This document shows positions 55,529 to 64,000 of a stretch of DNA of 64,000 nucleotides, piece after piece. The notes beneath the pieces are model-generated. The model was given only the letters and a program-made list of their open reading frames with translations, was not told where the DNA came from and searched no databases. Position 1 is the stretch's first letter, and every line of letters begins with the position of its first letter. The position numbers and the translations under genes are program-made. Origin of the DNA: Macrostomum lignano (Eukaryota); the NCBI GenBank assembly GCA_002269645.1, contig NIVC01000029.1, positions 434,001 through 498,000 of the forward strand, given 5' to 3'.

Positions 55529-58500
55529 ATGGAGGTTGACATCGGCATGGGCGATGGGGGCGGCGGTGGCGGCGGCAGCGGCCGTGGAGCCAGCTCGCCC
55601 AACAGTCGGCTGCACTACCAGTCTGAACGGCACCCCAGGGCGAGTCTGGATGCCCTGCACTGGATGCGAAGGCAGCAGGTGTGCCAGCCGATGGTTGCTG
55701 GGCCAGCCTCCCAGAGTGTCAGTTGCTGGGCCAGCCTCTCAGATCCTCAGTTGCTGGGCCAGCCTCCCAGATCCTCAGTTGCTGGGCCAGCCTCCCAGAT
55801 CCTCAGTTGCTGCGCCAGCCTCCCAGAGTGTCAGTTGCTGAGCCAGCCTCCAAGAGTGTCAGTTTCTGGGCCAGCCTCCCAGAGTGTCAGTTTCTTGGCC
55901 AGCCTCCCAGATCCTCAGTTGTTGGGCCAGCCTTCCAGTGTCAGTTGCTGGGCCAGCCTCCCAGATCCTCAGTAGTTGCTGGAGGGGGGGGGGTAGCATC
56001 CCAGATCCTGAGTAGCTGTTGGACCAGCCTCCCAGATCCTCAGTTGTTGGGCCAGCCTTCCAGAGTGTCAGTTGCTGGGCCAGCCTCCCAGATCCTCAGT
56101 AGTTGCTGGAGGGGGGGCAGCATCCCAGATCCTGAGTAGCTGTTGGACCAGCCTCCCAGATCCTCAGGATCTGCAAATCTCCCAGATGCCTGCAATGACC
56201 ACCAATATAGATCTGTAATACTCTACTTTATTCTATTATTCCATTCACCCTATGTCTACCAGGAGCTCTGCGACGTGGCCCTCCTAGTTGGCAGTCGTCG
56301 AATCCACGCGCACCGAGCGGTGCTGGCTGCCAGCTCCCCCTACTTCAGGGCGATGTTCACCGGCGAACTGGCCGAAAGTCGTCAGCCCGAGGTGACGCTT
56401 CGAGACATGGACGAATTGGCTGTGGAAAGCCTTGTAGAATTCTGCTATACGGCTCACATTATTGTGGAAGAATCAAATGTACAAACCCTTCTGCCGGCTG
56501 CCTGTCTGCTTCAGCTGCAAGAGATTCAAGAGGTCTGTTGCGAATTTCTAAAGCGCCAACTCGATCCTAGCAACTGTTTAGGCATCAGAGCCTTTGCTGA
56601 CACCCACGCCTGTCGTGAACTATTGAAAGTGGCGGAAAGATTTGCCCAGTACAATTTCGTTGACGTCACAGAGTCTGAAGAGTTCTTGTTGCTACCCGTC
56701 AATCAGCTGATCGATATGATCGGCTCGGATGAATTGAATGTGCGCAGCGAAGAGCAGGTCTATCAGGCTGTGATGGCCTGGGTGAGGCACAGTCTACCGG
56801 AGCGGAGACAGCATCTGCCTCTGGTCCTGTCGCATGTGCGACTGCCTCAGGTGTGTGTTGTTTGGCTTTTTCCGGCCTTTTCGTTGTTTTTAGTAATTGG
56901 TTTTTAGAGTCTCAGTGAAATGCTCTCCGACAGTGATCTCTAAGATTTACTAAAAATCGTCCTTTAACTACTCAAAGAATCGCCCCTAAACGACCCTAAG
57001 AATCGCCCCTAAACCAACCCAAGAATCGCCCCTAAACCGCTCCAAGAATCGCTCATAAACCACCCCAAGAATCGCCCCTAACCCACCCCAATAATCGCCC
57101 CTAAACCGCTCCAAGAATCGCCCATCGCCCCTAAACCGCTCCAAGAATCGCCCCTAAACCGCTCTAAGAATCGCCCCTAAACCAACCCAAGAATCGCCCC
57201 TAAACCGCTCCAAAAATCGCCCCTAAACCGCTCTAAGAATCGCCCCTAAACCAACCCAAGAATCGCTCCTAAACCACCTCGTAGAATCGCTCCTAAACCG
57301 CTCCAAGAATCGCCCCTAAACCAACCCAAGAATCGCCCCTAAACCAACCCAAGAATCGCTCCTAAACCAATCCAAGAATCGCTCCTAAACCACTCCAAGA
57401 ATCGCCCCTAAACCACGCGAAGAATAGTCCCTAAACCAAACAAAGAATCGCCCCTAAGCCACCCTAAAAATCTTTCCAAAACCACACTAAGAATTGCACC
57501 TAAACCATTCCAAGAATCGCCCCTAAACTACCCTAACAATCACCCTTAAACTATCCTAAGAATCGTTTTTAAACTACCCTAAGAATTTCCCCTAAACTAC
57601 CCTAACAATCACCCTTAAACTATCCTAAGAATCGCCTTTAAACTACCCTAAGAATTTCCCCTAAACTACCCTAAGAATCGCCCCTAAACTAGCCTAAGAA
57701 TTACCCCTAAACCACGGGAAGAATAGCTGTTTCTTAAAATTGTTGTTAAACTATCTTTAAAACTAACTTAGATTCCTAAGAAAATCCTTTTAAATGTTGG
57801 CATTTTTACTTTAAGTAGTTAGTTGTGGACAGTCTCGCACACAAATATTCTTTTTATTCTACGCGCAGATGTCGCCAAAATTTCTAGTCAACACGGTCAG
57901 TTCGGACCTGCTCATCCGCGGCAGCGAACCCTGTCGCGATCTGGTAGACGAAGCTAAAAATTATCTGCTGTTGCCGCAGGAACGCCCTCACATGCAGGGC
58001 CCTCGGACTCGACCAAGGAAGCCGCTACGTTGCGGCGAAGTTCTGTTTGCCGTCGGCGGTTGGTGCTCCGGCGACGCTATTAACACTGTTGAACGATTCG
58101 ATCCGACTCATTCCGGCGGCGAATGGCGTCTGGTAGCGCCGATGAACAAGCGGCGATGCGGTGTTGGAGTAGCCGTTCTCAACGATCTCATGTACGCTGT
58201 TGGAGGCCACGATGGACAGAGCTATTTGAACTCGGTCGAGAGGTGAGCTTGGGAAACTGTCTCAAATATTTTGGGTCTTTAGGGATTTAGAGTATTAGGT
58301 ATTTGGGGTGTAGGGGATTTGGGAGTATTAATGATTTGGAGTATTGGGGATTTGGGAGTATTGGGGATTTGGGGTATTGGGGATTTGGGGGTATTGGGGA
58401 TTTGGATGTATTGGGGATTTTGGGGTATTGGGGATTTGGGGTATTGGGGATTTGAGAGTATTGGGGATTTGGGGTATTGGGGATTTGGATGTATTGGGGA

Positions 58501-59773
58501 TTTGAGAGTATTGGGGATTTGGGGTATTGGGGATTTGGGGTATTGGGGATTTAGATGTATTGGGGATTTGGGGTATTGGGGATTTGGGGTATTGGGGATT
58601 TGGATGTATTGGGGATTTGAGAGTATTGGGGATTTGGGGTATTGGGGATTTGGATGTATTGGGGATTTAGGGGTATTGGGGATTTGGATGTATTGGGGAT
58701 TTGGATGTATTGGGGATTTTGGGGTATTGGGGATTTGGGGTATTGGGGATTTGAGGTATTGGGGATTTGGATGTATTGGGGATTTGAGAGTATTGGGGAT
58801 TTGGGGTATTGGGGATTTGGATGTATTGGGGATTTTGGGGTATTGGGGATTTGGATGTATTGGGGATTTTGGGGTATTGGGGATTTGGGGTATTGGGGAT
58901 TTGGATGTATTGGGGATTTGAGAGTATTGGGGATTTGGGGTATTGGGGATTTGGATGTATTGGGGATTTAGGGGTATCGGGGATTTGTATGTATTGGGGT
59001 TTTAGGGGTATCGGGGATTTGTATGTATTGGGGTTTTAGGGGTATCGGGGATTTGTATGTATTGGGGTTTTAGGGGTATCGGGGATTTGTATGTATTGGG
59101 GTTTTAGGGGTATCGGGGATTTGTATGTATTGGGGATTTAAGGGTATCGGGGATTTTGGGATATTAGGGATTTAGGGAATATTGGGAATTTTAGGGTATT
59201 TGGAATTTAGGGGTATTGGAGATTTGAAGATATTAGGGATTTAAAGGTACTAAAGAATTGGGCGTCCCTGTCTCCTGATGGGCGATCTAATCCCTATTTA
59301 CGGGAGCTCCTGTCATTCAACGTTATGTATTGTTTCCCTTTCCATTCAGTTTTTGGAGCAGGTCACATTGTCTCACCGTGTATCCATACCCCCCCCCCTC
59401 ACAGATACGATCCCCAGCTCAACCAGTGGTCTGCCGACGTGGCCCCAACCAGCTCCTGTCGCACATCTGTCGGTGTCGCCGTTCTAGACGGAGCAATGTT
59501 CGCCGTCGGCGGTCAGGACGGCGTCTCGTGTTTGAATTACGTTGAACGCTACGACCCGGGAGTGAACAGGTGGACCAGAGTGGCCAGTATGTCTACCAGG
59601 CGTCTGGGAGTTGGGGTGGCTGTGCTGGATGGCATTCTGTACGCTGTTGGTGGCTCGGATGGTCAGCAGCCTTTGCAGACTGTCGAACGGTAAGCGGCGG
59701 GCTTTGTTTGGGCATGTGTGCATGTGTTAGATAAACAGATGGATAGATAGATAGACAGATAGATGGGTGGATT

Positions 59774-59823
<50 letters not shown>

Positions 59824-59824
59824 C

Positions 59825-59887
<63 letters not shown>

Positions 59888-59888
59888 C

Positions 59889-59943
<55 letters not shown>

Positions 59944-59961
59944 CAGATAGATGGGTGGATT

Positions 59962-60027
<66 letters not shown>

Positions 60028-60028
60028 C

Positions 60029-60071
<43 letters not shown>

Positions 60072-60072
60072 C

Positions 60073-60103
<31 letters not shown>

Positions 60104-60104
60104 C

Positions 60105-60171
<67 letters not shown>

Positions 60172-60174
60172 CAA

Positions 60175-60263
<89 letters not shown>

Positions 60264-60264
60264 C

Positions 60265-60338
<74 letters not shown>

Positions 60339-60343
60339 ACGCT

Positions 60344-60380
<37 letters not shown>

Positions 60381-60948
60381 GCTACACGGGACCAAAGCCA
60401 ATGAGAATGGAGAATCAGAGCCAGACTAAACAGTTACCAACGGGAACCCTCGCAGCTACGATCCCCGCGCCAACCGCTGGATGCAAGTGGCCAGCATGAC
60501 CACCCGCCGCAAGCACCTTGGCGTTGCCGTATTTAACAACTGCATCTACAGCGTTGGCGGCCGCGACGACACCACGGAGTTATCCAGCGCCGAGTGCTTT
60601 GATCCGAAGATGAACTGTTGGCGTCCCGTGGTTGCCATGACATCCAGACGAAGCGGGGTCGGCCTGGCGGTTGTAAATAATCAGTTAATGGCTATTGGTG
60701 GTTTCGACGGATCGACCTATTTGAAAACTGTGGAGATCTTCGACACCGACTGTAACTGCTGGAAAAGCTTCGGCAGCATGAACTCTCGCCGACTTGGCGG
60801 CGGTGTTGGCGTCGTGCGTCTGGCTCGACTGCACGAGTCGCCAATGCTGATTGGTAGTCACGACTTTTTCGGCGGTTACGGCGGGCCAACAACTTCGTCT
60901 AATGCTAATTGGATGCCAAATTCGGCTGATAGAGGGTTTAGGAAATGA
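55529..60948 (+). CDS. KLHL20: Kelch-like protein 20 / diablo (BTB-BACK-Kelch CUL3 adaptor), 5 exons, about 629 aa
   Basis: Exons 55529-55678, 56263-56850, 57869-58242, 59405-59689, 60456-60948, phases 0,0,2,2. Long stretches match recalled KLHL20: [83 protein letters not shown]. Confidence 0.95.
55690..56190. repeat. About 28-bp minisatellite in KLHL20 intron 1
   Basis: Unit GTTGCTGGGCCAGCCTCCCAGA(TCCTCA/GTGTCA). Confidence 0.9.
56960..57720. repeat. About 25-bp minisatellite in KLHL20 intron 2
   Basis: Unit AAGAATCGCCCCTAAACC(GCTCC/AACCC). Confidence 0.9.
58275..59250. repeat. G-rich 15-17 bp minisatellite in KLHL20 intron 3
   Basis: Unit GTATTGGGGATTT(GG/GGAT/GAGA). Confidence 0.93.
59733..60375. 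repeat. (GATA)n/(GACA)n microsatellite in KLHL20 intron 4
   Basis: About 640 bp of GATA with GACA interruptions. Confidence 0.97.
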
Positions 60949-61093
60949 CTGCCGTGTTGTACATTGTGCATACATTTATTGCTGCAGTCTGTTTGTGCCT
61001 ATTTGAAAATAATGTCTTTTCATGCTTGAGAGAATGTACTTTTAAGGTAATTTATGTCCCAATGGACTAATTTTTTTAATGCACAAATAATGC

Positions 61094-61925
61094 AACCTTG
61101 AGAATCGCCCTGAGACAACCTTGAGAATCGCCCTGAGACAACCTTGAGAATCGCCCTGAGACAACCTTGAGAATCGCCCTGAGACAACCTTGAGAATCGC
61201 CCTGAGACAACCTTGAGAATCGCCCTGAGACAACCTTGAGAATCGCCCTGAGACAACCTTAAGAATCGCCCTGAGACAACCTTGAGAATCGCCCTGAGAC
61301 AACCTTGAGAATCGCCCTGAGACAACCTTGAGAATCGCCCTGAGACAACCTTGAGAATCGCCCCAGACAACCTTAAGAGTCACCCCAGACAACCTTGAGA
61401 ATCGCCCCAGACAACCTTAAGAGTCACCCCAGACAACCTTAAGAATCGCCCTGAGACAACCTTGAGAATCGCCCTGAGACAACCTTGAGAATCGCCCCAG
61501 ACAACCTTAAGAGTCACCCCAGACAACCTTAAGAATCGCCCTGAGACAACCTTGAGAATCGCCCTGAGACAACCTTGAGAATCGCCCCAGACAACCTTGA
61601 GAATCGCCCCAGACAACCTTGAGAATCGCCCTGAGACAACCTTGAGAATCGCCCCAGACAACCTTGAGAATCGCCCCAGACAACCTTGAGAATCGCCCCA
61701 GACAACCTTGAGAATCGCCCTGAGACAACCTTGAGAATCGCCCTGAGACAACCTTAAGAGTCACCCCAGACAACCTTAAGAATCGCCCCAGACACCTTGA
61801 GAATCACCCCAGACAACCTTGAGAATCACTTCAGACAACCTTAAGAATCGCCCCAGACAACCTCAAAAATCGCTTCAGACAACCTTGAGAATCGCTTTTC
61901 ACGTCAGTGAAAATCGCCTGAGACA
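61094..61925. repeat. 22-23 bp minisatellite just 3' of KLHL20
   Basis: Unit CCTTGAGAATCGCCC(TG/C)AGACAA. Confidence 0.95.
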
Positions 61926-62619
61926 AACTGTACGGTTTATTTTCTGTACTAAATATTTTTAATTCAAACAATTTACTTGGTTTAACTTAACCTACTTTGA
62001 GTAGTTTGCTGGCTAGCTAGTTTTTACAGTAGCCTGTCTTTCTCTGTCCACCCCTAGCACTATTAAAACGGTTTTTTAATTAATATACCCCTACTTAAAA
62101 TGAATATTTGTTTAATATTTGTTAACTAATACTAATTTACAATCTGACCTGTAAAAGACTAATAAGTAACCTAGTTAAGATTTTCCATTCTATGGTATTA
62201 GATTCTTTGCATGCTACTCCATAAGTAGTAGTTTTTGTATAGGGCGTTCATAATTTATTTCGATTCTCATATATTCAGAGACATTTGATATCTCCAATTG
62301 AATAAATATCAATTGACTTGCGTATGCATGCAGATGATTATTCAAATATTTTACAAAATATACAAATGTAATCTGATTAAAAAATTTGTATTATATAAAA
62401 CAATTGATAAGTTTATACTCGTATGTGCAGTACGGAATACTTTGATTTTTGAAAAATGCTCTTGGTTTCTTTGAATCTCAGTTCGCTTAGTTATTTAGTA
62501 AAAAAAGTCGTCAATATATCGATAAAAAAAATTTTTTACGCTTACCTACTTGAAGTAGCAAAAAAAGAATTTTACAATCGGAATTAGCTTTTTCCCCAAA
62601 AATATTTAAATAATTTCAG

Positions 62620-63159
62620 TCGCAAAAAATCATATTAAAAGCGGCAGCTGCCGCAGGCAGTTTATTATCAGCCGGTTTCGTTGGCTACTCAATCGGCAAA
62701 GACGGTAATAAATCTGAATTTCGAGCAGGCGCTGTAGCCAATGCTTCAACTAGTTCGTCACAGAACGCCTTGTTGCCAATGCCAACAACTCAGTTGCCTA
62801 GCAACCCCAATAGTCGAGCCCAACAGATTCTGCGTTTCGGCTCGCCAACCACCGATTCTAATGTGAAACTATTCGACGATTATGTGCTGGCTTACGACAG
62901 GAGACTTCGAATACCTGCGTGGGTTGTTGAACGACTCGATAATCAGAGCCGACCGAATCCGGCCTCAACCAGTTCGGTTGTGGACCGAGCCGGATTCGAG
63001 TTCTATGAGGATCTGGCCCAGCATCCGTATTTTCGGGCCAGCAACTCCGACTATGCCGGAAGCGGCTACGACCGAGGGCACATGGCGGCTGCTGGCAACC
63101 ACAAGAGCAGCAGTGCGGCATGTCTGCAGACTTTCATTCTCAGCAATATCTGTCCCCAG
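62620..63159 (+). CDS. ENDOG: Mitochondrial endonuclease G, internal coding exon (partial gene)
   Basis: Acceptor TTTCAG at 62614-62619 opens the frame; YDRRLRIPAWVVE, DYAGSGYDRGHMAAAGNH (DRGH active site), TFILSNICPQ then |GTGAGA donor. Start exon uncertain; later exons lie beyond the window. Confidence 0.88.
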
Positions 63160-63344
63160 GTGAGAGATGTCATCATCAAACTCGTCATTACATTATACAA
63201 AACTTTTCGGAATTGGCTTGAAAAAAAATACAAACTGAAAAGTGTCACATAAAATCACATTTAGAATCGCCGTTCTTTAAAATTGGTTCTAAATCTTCTT
63301 TTAAAAGACGCCTTTAAATCCCCTTGGTAATCGCTTCTAAATTT

Positions 63345-64000
63345 CCTTAAGAATCGCCCCAATATGCATCAAAATTGCCTCTAAATCTCCTTGATAATCG
63401 CCTCTAAATCCCCTTGATAAGGGCCCTTAAATCCCCTTGATAAGGGCCCCTAAATCCCCTTGATAAGGGCCCCTAAATCCCCTTGATAAGGGCCCCTAAA
63501 TCCCCTTGATAAGGGCCCCTAAATCCCCTTGATAAGGGCCCCTAAATCCCCTTGATAAGGGCCCTTAAATCCCCTTGATAAGGAGCCCCTAAATCCCCTT
63601 GATAAGGGCCCCTAAATCCCCTTGATAATCGCCTCAAAATCCCCTTGATAAGGGCCCTTAAATCCCCTTGATAAGGAGCCCCTAAATCCCCTTGATAAGG
63701 GCCCCTAAATCCCCTTGATAAGGGCCCCTAAATCCCCTTGATAATCGCCTCTAAATCCCCTTGATAATCGCCTCTAAATCCCCTTGATAAGGGCATCTAA
63801 ATCCCCTTGATAAGGGCCCCTAAATCCCCTTGATAAGGGCCCCTAAATCCCCTTGATAAGGGCCCCTAAATCCCCTTGATAAGGGCCCCTAAATCCCCTT
63901 GATAAGGGCCCCTAAATCCCCTTGATAAGGGCCCCTAAATCCCCTTGATAAGGGCCCCTAAATCCCCTTGATAAGGGCCCCTAAATCCCCTTGATAAGGG
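63345..64000. repeat. 23-bp minisatellite in the EndoG intron, running off the window
   Basis: Unit AAGGGCCCCTAAATCCCCTTGAT. Confidence 0.95.

Noticed and set aside
58990-59250. TTAGGG-like motifs as interstitial telomere
   Set aside because: These are scattered variants of the local G-rich unit, not tandem TTAGGG.
60948-62620. KLHL20-EndoG as a trans-spliced operon
   Set aside because: Same strand and about 1.7 kb apart, but an out-of-frame ATG (62741) precedes the first in-frame ATG after the acceptor, which favours a cis-spliced coding exon. The sequence gives no evidence of spliced-leader use.

Overview
Eukaryotic (metazoan, intron-containing) DNA. No prokaryotic features, rRNA or CRISPR array. 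GC-rich exons separated by introns filled with private minisatellites suggest a Macrostomum-like free-living flatworm; this is inference only. Exons were assembled by hand from GT/AG signals and reading-frame phase, and homologies come from recalled sequences, not searches. Gene order: PNPO-like exon copy 1 (+); tRNA-Glu(TTC) (+); tectonic (-, 9 exons) head-to-head with nephrocystin-1 (+, 18 exons); PNPO-like exon copy 2 (-, inverted, identical protein); a transposon-rich spacer; a 1626-aa disordered basic protein carrying Ki-67/RepoMan-type motifs (+); a ~1970-aa ankyrin-repeat/TRPM-type channel ending in a CaaX box (-); nested MITEs; KLHL20/diablo (+, 5 exons); and endonuclease G (+, partial). 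Most long ORFs in the supplied track are translations of tandem repeats. Best leads: the Ki-67-like protein, the ankyrin-TRPM-CaaX channel, and the inverted pair of divergent PNPO-like exons bracketing two divergently transcribed ciliary transition-zone genes.
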